Source: a virus (Duplodnaviria > Caudoviricetes). From it: a stretch of 64,000 bases of DNA. Below are positions 25,766 through 35,050 of this stretch, piece after piece. The stretch spans positions 21,086 through 85,085 of IMG/VR virus record IMGVR_UViG_3300014039_000024, one strand, 5' to 3'. A program made the position numbers and the translations under genes. Position 1 is the stretch's first letter; the number at the start of each line of letters is the position of its first letter. A model generated the notes under the pieces. That model worked only from the letters and a program-made list of their open reading frames with translations. It was not told the origin of the DNA and did not search any database.

Positions 25766-26821
25766 TTAAGATTTTTTGGCCTTAGAATTTCGACAACTTT
25801 TACAAATACTATAAAAGCCATCTTTACTTGTTTTATTTTTACTAAAATATTTATTATGTGCTAATTTTATTTTACCACAACGACTGCATTTTTTATATTT
25901 ACCTTTTTCGATATTTAAATAATAATCATCTAAATATTCGTCTTCCGCAGTCGAAGCAATTAATTTTGGAATTTTATTACGCCATAAACTTGAAATATAT
26001 TCAAGGCTATGTTTAATACCAAATTCCATTTGTATTTTCTCTTGAATGTCAATATTCTATAAACCATCAATTTTATATTCAACGATTCTATCATAAAGGG
26101 GGTAATTTGCTAAAGCTTTATCACAAAGTTTATCAAAATCTTCCATTAAATACCATAAATCTTTATCATATTCTCCCCAGCTATCTTGTTTTAAGCGAGA
26201 ATAATTGCATAAAACCGCAGAACATATTTCAGGTCTTAATAAACTAATTCCATCTGGAATAGGATATCCTTCATCATCAAAAATAAAAGTTTTATCATCT
26301 AAAGGAATATAAGACTTAGATCTGGTTAATTTTGTAGGCGTTATTGGGCGACGATAAGCATTTTTAATAACATACTAATCTTTTCGCATTTCAATAAGAG
26401 CCTTTTTAATAACAAAAGCATCTTTACCTTCTGTTACTTTTAATTTAGCCTCCCAAACACTAATGGCTTCTCTTAACTAATTTAAACTTGGTATTTCTTC
26501 TAAATCTTTTTTTGTAATTGTAATATGTGGTTGAAAAATTGTATTTCTATTATCTGTAATTAAATTATAAATTCCATCTTCGCCATTTTCTAGTTGGGAA
26601 ACAAGACCTTCAAAAGAAGTTTCACGTTTATTAACTGTAGCCATACGATTATCAGTTAATAGTTTTTTCTCCTTTTTTTCTTGTTTCTCCATACAAAGAA
26701 CCAAATAGTCTGCTAAAATTTCTAAATACTTTTCAGGCGGATCTGGATTATCAGCCAAAATTTGTTCGACTAATTGATTTCTTTCTTCTGGAGTTTGTAA
26801 AGAATAATCAAGTTTTATCAT
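25766..26821 (-). CDS. Putative transcription regulator (HTH-like segment plus C-terminal CxxC...CxxC Zn ribbon), 351 aa, 3 TAG
   Basis: GGAGG RBS; joins track ORFs 26477-26821 and 25766-26029; first gene of the morphogenesis strand. Confidence 0.6.
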
Positions 26822-26845
26822 TTTTTACCTCCAGTCTATATAAAT

Positions 26846-26874
26846 ATTATACTCGAAAAAATTTTTTCTGTCAA
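26846..26874 (-). promoter_or_regulatory. Perfect sigmaA promoter for the 25766-26821 gene
   Basis: TTGACA-17-TATAAT. Confidence 0.85.
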
Positions 26875-26959
26875 GTTTCATTTAAAATTTTTTTCTTTTT
26901 ATATTTGAAAATTTTTTTAATAAAACAAATAACTTTTACCCAAGCACTTGTCCCGCGAT

Positions 26960-26988
26960 TTGACATTTTATTTTTTTTATTTTATCAT
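26960..26988 (+). promoter_or_regulatory. Divergent sigmaA promoter
   Basis: TTGACA-17-TATCAT upstream of ATG 27018. Confidence 0.7.
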
Positions 26989-27017
26989 TATTATAAGAAA
27001 AAGGAAAGGAGTATTTT

Positions 27018-27410
27018 ATGAAAACTGTTTTTATTGTAATATTGAGTTGTGCATTAGTAGCATCACTCCTTTTTTTATGGTTATATAGAAAAGCCTTTTG
27101 GGTATTATATAAAAAGATTGAAGATCAGCAGAAAGATTTAAATAAATGGCCAATAGCGCAATATGAATGTATGTTATTGCTAAATATATTTTATAATTAT
27201 GATTTTGAAGGAAGAGCAGTAGATTTTTCGCGTTATGAAACGCAGGGGCTAATTGTTTATAATTGTTTTCATGATGTAAAAAATAGTCCAAAAGGAATTG
27301 CAGGGGATGGAGTAGTTTCATCTTTTTATAAACAAGCATTTGTATATGAATTAGATGATGGAACATTTGAATGGGAGGATATTGGAAATGAAGCGGAACC
27401 AGCCTTTTGA
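27018..27410 (+). CDS. Hypothetical protein with N-terminal TM helix, 130 aa
   Basis: AAGGAG RBS; hydrophobic N-terminus. Confidence 0.7.
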   Translation: MKTVFIVILSCALVASLLFLWLYRKAFWVLYKKIEDQQKDLNKWPIAQYECMLLLNIFYNYDFEGRAVDFSRYETQGLIVYNCFHDVKNSPKGIAGDGVVSSFYKQAFVYELDDGTFEWEDIGNEAEPAF

Positions 27411-27783
27411 AATGAAAGGAATAGATGCAGTAGTTTTTAGATTGGAACAAGAATATTTTAATGCAACAAAAGATAAAGATCCTTTTCTAAGAGATTGGAA
27501 AAAATTTAAAACAATACGAGTTGAAAGAAAAACTGATGGATCAAGAACAATTACTTATAAACCTTTAACAGATGCGGAAAAAGCTCAATTAAGTACAAAA
27601 GAAGAGCAAAAAGAATATCAATTAAATAAATATAAATACGTGTTAGAGCATTTAATGGAAAAGTATGATATAGATACTATTAATAGATATATTGATAGTT
27701 GTAAATATAAAGATAAATTAATCGAATATATGGAGGAAAAGTTAAATGCGGAAACCACTAAATCCACTGAAAGCAACAGCTAA
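27388..27783 (+). CDS. Hypothetical protein, 131 aa
   Basis: GGGAGG RBS before ATG 27388; in the frame of track ORF 27355-27783. Confidence 0.65.
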   Translation: MKRNQPFEMKGIDAVVFRLEQEYFNATKDKDPFLRDWKKFKTIRVERKTDGSRTITYKPLTDAEKAQLSTKEEQKEYQLNKYKYVLEHLMEKYDIDTINRYIDSCKYKDKLIEYMEEKLNAETTKSTESNS

Positions 27784-27883
27784 AAGATATCAGCAGAAGG
27801 CTACTTATTCTGCTACTGCTGGATTATATACTCTTATGTGGGGAGAGAAGCCTAAAAGAGGTAGGAAGAAGAAAAATAGTTAA
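27746..27883 (+). CDS. Small basic peptide, 45 aa (MRKPLNPLKATAKRY...RGRKKKNS)
   Basis: GGAGG RBS, TAA stop. Confidence 0.45.
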   Translation: MRKPLNPLKATAKRYQQKATYSATAGLYTLMWGEKPKRGRKKKNS

Positions 27884-28220
27884 TTTGTAAATAAAATAAT
27901 ATTTTATTCCGTATTTTGAAATTGAAAATTGATTTAGATTGTATTTTGTCCAGACAAAAGAAAAAACGATGAATAAAAATTTATTTTTCCCGAAATACAC
28001 CCCCCCCCTATGCGGATTTTATTCATTCTCTGTTGGATAATAATGCAAAGGTATACCACGAGCGATCCGCGCTCGTCGAGCTGCACAAAAACAGACCCCC
28101 GCCGACAAAAACTTTTGTGCAATCCGCCACTTGTATTCCGTGGCTGAATCTGCTACCATGTAACCATGCTGAACGACGCAAGCGTCGGACAGCAAATACA
28201 TGATAAAGAGGAATTGAACC

Positions 28221-28601
28221 ATGAAGAAAGTCGATATTAAAAATGAACAGCGCGCCGTGCTCATCAATTATCTTGACGCAAAAGAAGCACTGGACATTGC
28301 AAGCAAGGCTGAAAAAGCCGCAAAAGCCGCCGCGAAAGATTTATTTGCGGATTTGGGCAAAGAATATAAAGCAAGTGAAAAATCCGATTTCTTGACGCTC
28401 TCTTTACAGAAACAGGGCGAGGTCAAGCACGTTGTCTATACTGAAACCGCGGCAAAAGGTGCTATCGACTGGCAGGCTTACGCGCTCGCGTTAGGCGGCA
28501 CTCCGGCAGGCGCAGAGGAATACCGCAAGGCAGGCAATACCCGTACAAGCATCGCATGGGCAAGCGCCAAGCAGGAAGCGGAAATTGCGGAGAGAGGTTA
28601 A
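28221..28601 (+). CDS. Hypothetical Ala/Lys-rich early protein, 126 aa
   Basis: GAGG RBS; upstream TTGTAT-17-TACCAT promoter-like sequence. Confidence 0.75.
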   Translation: MKKVDIKNEQRAVLINYLDAKEALDIASKAEKAAKAAAKDLFADLGKEYKASEKSDFLTLSLQKQGEVKHVVYTETAAKGAIDWQAYALALGGTPAGAEEYRKAGNTRTSIAWASAKQEAEIAERG

Positions 28602-28662
28602 CCTCTCTCCCATTCAAAAGAATAATAACGTGTTAGCGCGATAGCGCGGAAAGGGTCATACT

Positions 28663-29142
28663 ATGAAAATCATCAATCTCACTTCTTATACTTGCGCAGA
28701 TATCAACAACATAGCGGAAAAGGCGCGCGATATAGTACGCGAGGGCCAGCGCAAAGTGACTGACTATATGGCCAGATATCAGACTATGGCGGGCACGTGG
28801 ATGAAAGCCAGTGCTAAACATGAAAAAATCAACATAGCGACCGCGCTTGAGTGCTTGCGCTATGAGCAGGAACTCGCCAGTGACCTCGCCATTATTGCGA
28901 GTGTATGGAATACCACGCGCTTTACCGTGGTGGAGTACAGCATCGTGGATAATGAGTTTGGCGATATCTATGACTATGTCGCTTATTTCCACGGCGAGGG
29001 CGAACGCGTCAAGTTTGAACGCGAGAACGCCAAGGTGGGCAACCGTCTGACCGTATTGACTACGTATGAATGCGGAATTGACCAGCTCCCCGACGATGAG
29101 CGGGAAGACGTCATCCGCGACCTGTTTAGCGAGTGGGTTTAA
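28663..29142 (+). CDS. Hypothetical protein, 159 aa
   Basis: AAAGGG RBS; track ORF. Confidence 0.7.
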   Translation: MKIINLTSYTCADINNIAEKARDIVREGQRKVTDYMARYQTMAGTWMKASAKHEKINIATALECLRYEQELASDLAIIASVWNTTRFTVVEYSIVDNEFGDIYDYVAYFHGEGERVKFERENAKVGNRLTVLTTYECGIDQLPDDEREDVIRDLFSEWV

Positions 29143-29173
29143 CCCACTCGCACCAGAGAAGGGGGTCTGTATT

Positions 29174-29305
29174 ATGTCTACTATTGCTATTATCTGTCTC
29201 GCTTCTATCTGCGCTTACAATTTTGTGTATAGCGTGGATAGTAAAAAGCCCGCTCGCGCTATTGCCAGCACTGTCGCCCTTATGTCGCTTATCGCCATTC
29301 TGTGA
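29174..29305 (+). CDS. Small membrane peptide, 43 aa
   Basis: GGGGG RBS; two hydrophobic stretches. Confidence 0.55.
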   Translation: MSTIAIICLASICAYNFVYSVDSKKPARAIASTVALMSLIAIL

Positions 29306-29321
29306 AAGAGAGGAAAGAATT

Positions 29322-29681
29322 ATGAAAAACATCATCAACTATATGCTTGCTATTGCACTTCTTATCAGTGCTACTATGTTTGTATCTCACAACCAGACTA
29401 CCGAAGCGTGTGAAGAAGCGCCGCAGTCATATGACCTTTCAGTCATTGATAATTGGTGCGGCGCTGGCACTGAAAAGGGAAGCATTCGTTTCGTGGGTGC
29501 AGAAGTCGAATCCCGAAACGGGGACGTTATCACACTGCTGGACGAACAGGGCAACCTGTGGAAAGTCGAGCATATGAACATTGATGACAATGACTTCTTG
29601 TTGCTGTGGATAAATGACAATGATACATATGATGATTTTTCAGATGATGTTATCATTAAGGTATGGAGAGAAGCTTATTAA
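29322..29681 (+). CDS. Secreted/membrane-anchored hypothetical protein, 119 aa
   Basis: GAGG RBS; signal-peptide-like N-terminus. Confidence 0.7.
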   Translation: MKNIINYMLAIALLISATMFVSHNQTTEACEEAPQSYDLSVIDNWCGAGTEKGSIRFVGAEVESRNGDVITLLDEQGNLWKVEHMNIDDNDFLLLWINDNDTYDDFSDDVIIKVWREAY

Positions 29682-29714
29682 GCTTCTCTCTTCATTTTTC
29701 ATTTTGATTCATAA

Positions 29715-29907
29715 ATATTCATACATATTCATTGCATATTCATACATATTCATTTGAGCGGCGCGACGTGGGCCGCGGCGCGCCGAGTTTTGCAATAGGC
29801 AAGTTGCACAAAAATTTTTAGATGAATTTGTGCATTATGCCAGTCACCTTTATACACCCGAAAAATGAATATTTATACATGAATATTCATACAGCCCTGA
29901 TGAATAA
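29715..29907. repeat. ATATTCAT repeat cluster (4 direct copies at 10-11 bp spacing, inverted copies to the right)
   Basis: Direct copies at 29715, 29725, 29736, 29746; inverted ATGAATAT at 29865 and 29879; ATGAATAA at 29900. Confidence 0.85.
29759..29785. repeat. 27-nt GC hairpin module E1
   Basis: CGGCGCG-N13-CGCGCCG followed by AGTTT. Confidence 0.8.
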
Positions 29908-29987
29908 ATATTTTTTTCAAAAACCTATTGACATTCAGCTCAAAAGTGGTATAATAGTAGTATCAAAAGAAAAGGAGATACACCATA

Positions 29988-30284
29988 ATGACTAACACCG
30001 AATTCCTCAAGACCCTCTCGCTCGAAAAAACGCGCCTCGAACACGAACTCATCACTGCCACAGAAAAGGCCGATAACCTCGATACGGTGGAAGCGCTTGC
30101 ATGGACTGCGGTTATTACCATGGAGCACGCGCCAGAAGAAGAATACACCCGTGAACAATGCGAAGCGCTGTATGATGCCTATGAACTGGCAATACGCGCA
30201 AGCGAAGAGCAAGCCGACTACGTAGAAGAAATTGAAAATGCAATTGAAAAAATCAAATCGTTAATAGAAATGTACGAGGACTAA
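29988..30284 (+). CDS. Hypothetical acidic coiled-coil protein, 98 aa
   Basis: Own TTGACA/TATAAT promoter (29928-29955) and AAGGAG RBS. Confidence 0.75.
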   Translation: MTNTEFLKTLSLEKTRLEHELITATEKADNLDTVEALAWTAVITMEHAPEEEYTREQCEALYDAYELAIRASEEQADYVEEIENAIEKIKSLIEMYED

Positions 30285-30373
30285 ACCTCGTACATTTTTT
30301 TTATAAATGGTATTGACAAATGCCCTGTTATCTGCTACAATATAAGTACAGTAAAGAAAAGGAGATAACAACA

Positions 30374-30502
30374 ATGTATGAATTCGAATTTATCAACAAA
30401 ATCACTAACGAGCATGACATTCGGCAATCGTTATACTGTAAAGCCCCGGACCTCGGTCCGGATTGGGAGCTTGTCTTTACAGAGTATGTGGAGGAGTATT
30501 AA
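30374..30502 (+). CDS. Small hypothetical protein, 42 aa
   Basis: Promoter at 30313, AAGGAG RBS. Confidence 0.6.
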   Translation: MYEFEFINKITNEHDIRQSLYCKAPDLGPDWELVFTEYVEEY

Positions 30503-30503
30503 A

Positions 30504-30608
30504 ATGAGTGTACATGACGGTTTAGTTTTACTTTTCATTTACCTTGCTACAATCGGCGCGGGCGCGCTGATTGAATGGGCAGAAAACAAGTTGAAAAAGA
30601 GAAGTTAA
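30504..30608 (+). CDS. Small membrane peptide, 34 aa
   Basis: GGAGGAG RBS; single hydrophobic helix. Confidence 0.5.
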   Translation: MSVHDGLVLLFIYLATIGAGALIEWAENKLKKRS

Positions 30609-30713
30609 AAAACTTCTCTTTTTTTACAAAAAATACTTGACATTTTCCGCGGTTTGTGGTATTATAATTTCAGAAAGAGGAAGGATACCTCACAAACCAG
30701 AAAGGCTAATTCA

Positions 30714-30875
30714 ATGACTACTATCAAGACTCTTCTCGACGGCGTTCTCCCTGTCAAGCCCCTGTCCTATGTCCTCGGTGATGACTGGACGTATCTTTAC
30801 TCCGACACCTACAAGGGTGTGGAATTTGACGTCCACGCCTGCATGAACGGCGAGGTCGTCGCGGTGTTAAATTAA
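30714..30875 (+). CDS. Small hypothetical protein, 53 aa
   Basis: Own promoter near 30639, GAAAGG RBS. Confidence 0.6.
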   Translation: MTTIKTLLDGVLPVKPLSYVLGDDWTYLYSDTYKGVEFDVHACMNGEVVAVLN

Positions 30876-30970
30876 GGGTTGAAAAGCCCTTAATTTTTTT
30901 TACAAAAACTCTTGACAAATCCAGAAGTAAGTGCTATGCTATAGATACAATAAGAAAGGGGATAGAAACC

Positions 30971-31228
30971 ATGAAGACTTACAACATTCTCACTATCGAA
31001 CCGCCTTGCTCCGACCAGAAGCTCGCCGGTAAATTCAATGTCGCTGATAATGAAAACTTCCTCGACCGATTAGAGGAAACGCTTTACATTCTCTTTGAAT
31101 TAGAGCCGATGTTCCGCTATTGGAGACAAGACTTTCTCAAAAACCTGTCCACTTGCTTTACTTACCACTTATGCGAAAATTTCCGCGTAGAAAAGCACAG
31201 CAACGAAATTGTTATTTATGAAATTTAA
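30971..31228 (+). CDS. Hypothetical protein, 85 aa
   Basis: Own promoter, AAAGGGG RBS. Confidence 0.65.
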   Translation: MKTYNILTIEPPCSDQKLAGKFNVADNENFLDRLEETLYILFELEPMFRYWRQDFLKNLSTCFTYHLCENFRVEKHSNEIVIYEI

Positions 31229-31331
31229 GGGCGAAAACGCCCTTATTTTTTTGAAAAAATCTGAAAAAAACTATTGACAAACCCCAAATCTATGGTATAA
31301 TAAGAGTATAAAAGGAAAGGGGATAGACCAA

Positions 31332-31493
31332 ATGACTATCGAAGAACTGAGTACAAAGCTGACTGAATGGATTGACCATTATGGAATCACTGAGGAATCC
31401 ATGAACGATTTCGCAAACACATATGCGACCTCATATGAGGAATATAACGCCATCTGGGAAGAAATCTTGAATCCACTTTTGGAAAACAATTAA
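31332..31493 (+). CDS. Small acidic protein, 53 aa (MTIEELSTKL...)
   Basis: Promoter TTGACA...TATAAT near 31275, AAAGGGG RBS. Confidence 0.6.
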   Translation: MTIEELSTKLTEWIDHYGITEESMNDFANTYATSYEEYNAIWEEILNPLLENN

Positions 31494-31571
31494 AAATTTG
31501 AAATGAAAATTCAGCGGATTACATAAAAATCCGCTGAATTTTTATGCACCTTATCCCGCATATTCATTTGG

Positions 31572-31598
31572 CCGGCCGTGCGCGACTGGCGCGGCCGG
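31572..31598. repeat. 27-nt GC hairpin module E2
   Basis: CCGGCCG-N13-CGGCCGG followed by AATTT; preceded by ATATTCATTTG as in E1. Confidence 0.8.
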
Positions 31599-31738
31599 AA
31601 TTTGCTGTCAATAAGCCATTTGCACAATTTTTATGGCGAAAGTTTGTGCATTATACCAATAGACAAAATCCCGTATGTGTGCTATACTGTAATCACAGTA
31701 AGGGAAGGAAAACCCATCAAACCGGAAAGGGAAAACGC

Positions 31739-32047
31739 ATGATTAACATTCGTTCTATTCGCAAGCTCGCTGACAATGATGGCCTGACGCTTAAATATGG
31801 CAAGGTCGTTCGTTACAAGTCCGGCTGGCAAGTCGCCACCGAGGGCGTGGAGTGTGCGACCGCACGTGAAGCTATTAACGCGGTCAAAGAATATGGTGGC
31901 AACTGCGGCGTCTGGTTCGCAAATGGTATCTATTATATCGACCGTTCCAAGAGGGTCCAGACTAAAAAGGTCGCACTTGCCATTGGTCAGGCGCATAACC
32001 AAATCAGCGTATATGGCTGGGCTCGTGGCAATCTGGCTTATTGCTAA
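31739..32047 (+). CDS. Hypothetical protein, 102 aa (true start of track ORF 31544-32047)
   Basis: TAGACA-17-TATACT promoter and AAAGGG RBS before ATG 31739. Confidence 0.7.
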   Translation: MINIRSIRKLADNDGLTLKYGKVVRYKSGWQVATEGVECATAREAINAVKEYGGNCGVWFANGIYYIDRSKRVQTKKVALAIGQAHNQISVYGWARGNLAYC

Positions 32048-32129
32048 AAGAATTGCATATAGGGCTTGACAAATCGAGCCCTATATGCTACAATATGAAT
32101 ATCAAATGAAAGTGAAAGGGGACTCCAAA

Positions 32130-32399
32130 ATGGAAATTAAATATGCTCATGAGATGGCTGACAAAGCCAAAACTGCCCGCAAAAATAAGCGCGCAAAGGA
32201 CAACGCGGTCGCCCGCGTATATATCGAAGAACATCTGATGAAAGATATCGAAGCGGCCGCGGACAAAGGCGAAAATACACTCTACCGTTGCCTCGTTGCC
32301 ATCGAGGATGAGGCAGTTAAAGAAGCTGTCAAGGGTGTTATGCGCAACTACGGCTATGATGCCACATATACGAACGGGATTCTTTCTCTGTCGTGGTAA
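32130..32399 (+). CDS. Hypothetical protein, 89 aa
   Basis: Own promoter, AAAGGGG RBS. Confidence 0.7.
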   Translation: MEIKYAHEMADKAKTARKNKRAKDNAVARVYIEEHLMKDIEAAADKGENTLYRCLVAIEDEAVKEAVKGVMRNYGYDATYTNGILSLSW

Positions 32400-32502
32400 A
32401 TAAAGAGGGGAAAATTTTCCCCTCTTTTTTCAAAAATACCTCTTGACAAATATATGCAAGCATGATATAATACAAGTATAATAAAGGAAAGGGGAAACTA
32501 CA

Positions 32503-32859
32503 ATGAATAGAGATATTTATAACATCCTAAAGAAAACTATGGCGTCCGGTATTCTTTCACCTATGGATTTGAATACTGCGGAACGCGCTTGCGAAAAGTA
32601 TGAAAGAAATTTAGAGGACGCCCGCAAAGAACGCGAGTATCAGTCACAGCGAATGGTTAAGCTCGTCTATGAACTGCTCAATGACGCGGGTAAGCCCATC
32701 ACACCGACTGAAATGCAGTTTATGGCGTTTAAGAAGTATGGCTATGAGTACGCCAATGGCAAATTCACTTGGTACTGTATGCAGTTATTCTTCGACCGTG
32801 AACTCAAACGCGAACCCCGAGGGAATAAAGTTTATTATTCTATTCGAGAAAAAGAATAA
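32503..32859 (+). CDS. Putative winged-helix DNA-binding protein, 118 aa
   Basis: C-terminal LVYELLNDAGKPITPTEM...GNKVYYSI resembles the wHTH of 39316 and 41623. Confidence 0.5.
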   Translation: MNRDIYNILKKTMASGILSPMDLNTAERACEKYERNLEDARKEREYQSQRMVKLVYELLNDAGKPITPTEMQFMAFKKYGYEYANGKFTWYCMQLFFDRELKREPRGNKVYYSIREKE

Positions 32860-32936
32860 AAAAATAAGAAAAGGGGCTTGACAAAAGCCCCTTTCTTTGC
32901 TATACTTAATGTATCAAAGGAGAGGGGAATAAAAAA

Positions 32937-33008
32937 ATGGAATGTCCTTATTGCGATGAAAAGTGCGGAACTCATGCTCAATGTATAAAGTGCGGAAAGG
33001 GAAATTGA
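32937..33008 (+). CDS. 23-aa Cys-rich mini peptide (CPYC..C...CIKC)
   Basis: Own promoter and GGAGAGGGG RBS. Confidence 0.4.
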   Translation: MECPYCDEKCGTHAQCIKCGKGN

Positions 33009-33009
33009 A

Positions 33010-33354
33010 ATGAATACAGAATTTCTAATTGTAGGTGGAATCTTTAGCGCAGTTATCAGTTTATTTGTGATGCTTATTTGTTGGTGCAACATGGATAAGC
33101 ACCGTCCAGTAGTAAGAATCCTAACTGGTATTCTTATTTCATGTGCTATTGGTTATGCGCTTGTTGGGTCTGTTTTTTTGGAGCGCAGTGCCGATGAAAA
33201 AGCATGGAATAATGGTTATTGCTCTATCTGTGGAAATGAGATGAAATTTGTGAATGCTTCTCATGGCAGACATGGGACAGTTTATTATTATTGGTATTGT
33301 GATAAATGCGGGCACACATTAGAATTAACGTCTAATTTCAGAAAGGAAAATTAA
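33010..33354 (+). CDS. Membrane protein with C-terminal Zn ribbon, 114 aa
   Basis: Two TM helices; CSIC...CDKC. Confidence 0.7.
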   Translation: MNTEFLIVGGIFSAVISLFVMLICWCNMDKHRPVVRILTGILISCAIGYALVGSVFLERSADEKAWNNGYCSICGNEMKFVNASHGRHGTVYYYWYCDKCGHTLELTSNFRKEN

Positions 33355-33355
33355 C

Positions 33356-33562
33356 ATGAACGAAAAGAGTATTCCTCAGACCTTGAAAGAACAAGCAGAG
33401 GCCATCGAAAAGCTGGCACAGAGAATTTCAAAAGAAAGTCAGGCACTGCCAGACATGGAAGACCGCATTAGTGGAATGGAAATAGCGGATGCCCTGTTTT
33501 CATTTCAGTCAAAAATGCGATATGAATTCAAATGGATTGCGGAATCCATGTGGGATGAATAA
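33356..33562 (+). CDS. Hypothetical protein, 68 aa
   Basis: AAGGA RBS; followed by a terminator. Confidence 0.65.
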   Translation: MNEKSIPQTLKEQAEAIEKLAQRISKESQALPDMEDRISGMEIADALFSFQSKMRYEFKWIAESMWDE

Positions 33563-33564
33563 TT

Positions 33565-33601
33565 ATTCGGGTGAGATAACCAAATCTCACCCGAATTTTT
33601 T
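33565..33601 (+). terminator. Intrinsic terminator with AACCAA loop
   Basis: ATTCGGGTGAGAT-AACCAA-ATCTCACCCGAAT plus T tract. Confidence 0.8.
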
Positions 33602-33615
33602 GTTTCATTTGACTA

Positions 33616-33711
33616 TTGACAAAACCATCTGGAAGGTGTATAATTCAGCCGGCCGCCAACGTACGCTGCGGCCGGAAATTCCAGTATATCACAGCTCCAG
33701 CAATTTGTCAA
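33616..33711. promoter_or_regulatory. Module E3: convergent sigmaA promoters flanking a 27-nt hairpin
   Basis: Plus: TTGACA 33616, 17 nt, TATAAT 33639. Hairpin CCGGCCGC-N11-GCGGCCGG at 33649-33675. Minus: TTGACA 33711, 17 nt, TATACT 33688. Confidence 0.85.
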
Positions 33712-33833
33712 GCAAAAAATTGAAAAAAGTTACACAAATTATTTTTCCCAAATTTGTGCATTTTACCAGTAGACAAAACGCTATGAGCGTGTTATACTAT
33801 AATTGTTCCAAGGGGAACGGAAAGGTAAGGTAA

Positions 33834-34046
33834 ATGAAAATGACCAACTACGATATCCATGCTTTCGTCAAGACCCAGCTTCTTTATGCCGAGCAGATGC
33901 CCAGTGATGCCGAGCTCTTCAAACACAACGCATATGGCGCTGTCCAGTGGGAACTGTACCGCACCAACGACAAGGCACTTGAAAACAAGTGGAATGACGT
34001 ATATGCGCCCAAGTTTGATAAAATTATCAAAAATTATTGGGCATAA
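33834..34046 (+). CDS. Hypothetical protein, 70 aa
   Basis: TAGACA-17-TATACT promoter, AAGG RBS. Confidence 0.7.
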   Translation: MKMTNYDIHAFVKTQLLYAEQMPSDAELFKHNAYGAVQWELYRTNDKALENKWNDVYAPKFDKIIKNYWA

Positions 34047-34117
34047 GGGGTTGACAAAACCCCTTTCCCCATGGTATAATATCATCAATCCAAGAGAGAA
34101 AGAAAGAGGTAAATCAA

Positions 34118-34459
34118 ATGCTTATCAAAATGTCCAAACACGCCACGCAAGACCGCATCGACCGCTTGTTCTTCATCTATGATAATATCGGCATTGGTGA
34201 AGAGTATATCAACAGCGTAGAGGATGACGTGCTTTATACTATTACAACGACTGGCGTTCTGCTTGTGCGCAGTCCAAAAGATGGAACACTGATTACCGCC
34301 TATATCGCGGACATTGACAAAATCACCGCGATTTGGAGAAACAAGCACGGTGAGCGTCCTATGCCTGACAATCTTTACAAGCGCGTCCTCGCAAATGCGT
34401 TCTTTGACAGAATGTGGAACAAAATTGAAAAGGATGGTAAGAAAAATGTTGTTCGGTAA
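34118..34459 (+). CDS. Hypothetical protein, 113 aa
   Basis: Own promoter, GAGG RBS. Confidence 0.7.
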   Translation: MLIKMSKHATQDRIDRLFFIYDNIGIGEEYINSVEDDVLYTITTTGVLLVRSPKDGTLITAYIADIDKITAIWRNKHGERPMPDNLYKRVLANAFFDRMWNKIEKDGKKNVVR

Positions 34460-34805
34460 AAAAGAAAAGAAATTCAATCCCTACGAGAACCACGCGGACG
34501 AACTTCTTTATGAGCTTTGGGACGTGGAACGCCACCTTGAAGAGTGTGTTGAAAAGTCAATTGCGCGGATAGGCGTTGTGTCTTTATATCCAGATGGGCC
34601 TGACCGCAGAAAAGCACTATCTGATGCCGATGAAGCTAAACATTCCTTGCTTGTTGCTATTGGAGCATTTGATACATCCCGCATGGTTTACAATGATTAT
34701 GTAAACAAGCATCAAGAAAACTTTGATAATCCGCGGAAGCCGTGGAAACACACAAGTCATGAAACCATTGAGCGGGTTTATAAGAATTTTTATAAGAGAG
34801 GTTAA
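34446..34805 (+). CDS. Hypothetical protein, 119 aa
   Basis: ATG 34446 in the frame of track ORF 34314-34805; overlaps the previous stop. Confidence 0.65.
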   Translation: MLFGKKEKKFNPYENHADELLYELWDVERHLEECVEKSIARIGVVSLYPDGPDRRKALSDADEAKHSLLVAIGAFDTSRMVYNDYVNKHQENFDNPRKPWKHTSHETIERVYKNFYKRG

Positions 34806-34810
34806 GTAAA

Positions 34811-35050
34811 ATGAAAATTACTGTTAAGAATAATAATAAACTTGTTCCGTTTGAAGATATCCCTATCGGTATGGTTTTCAAAGACCCTGTAAGTCGTGAT
34901 ATGTATTATATTAAGGCCGAATCGGTTCTTGATGAAAACACCGATGAAGAAGAACTAAACTCTTTCTGTGTTAGCAATAACACTTTTAACTGTTTCGGTC
35001 CTCAGTATATGGTTCAGCCCACCTACGGCGCAGAATTGATTATTCCCTGA
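34811..35050 (+). CDS. Hypothetical protein, 79 aa (similar in style to 38507-38761)
   Basis: GAGG RBS; KITVKNN..VPFEDIPIGMVF pattern. Confidence 0.65.
   Translation: MKITVKNNNKLVPFEDIPIGMVFKDPVSRDMYYIKAESVLDENTDEEELNSFCVSNNTFNCFGPQYMVQPTYGAELIIP

Noticed and set aside
1-26821. Track ORF fragments as separate small genes, pseudogenes or frameshift/sequencing errors
   Set aside because: Fragments of each gene are in the same frame and separated only by TAG in the stretches I translated. Read-through restores intact motifs and tight gene packing, which decay or indel errors would not produce.
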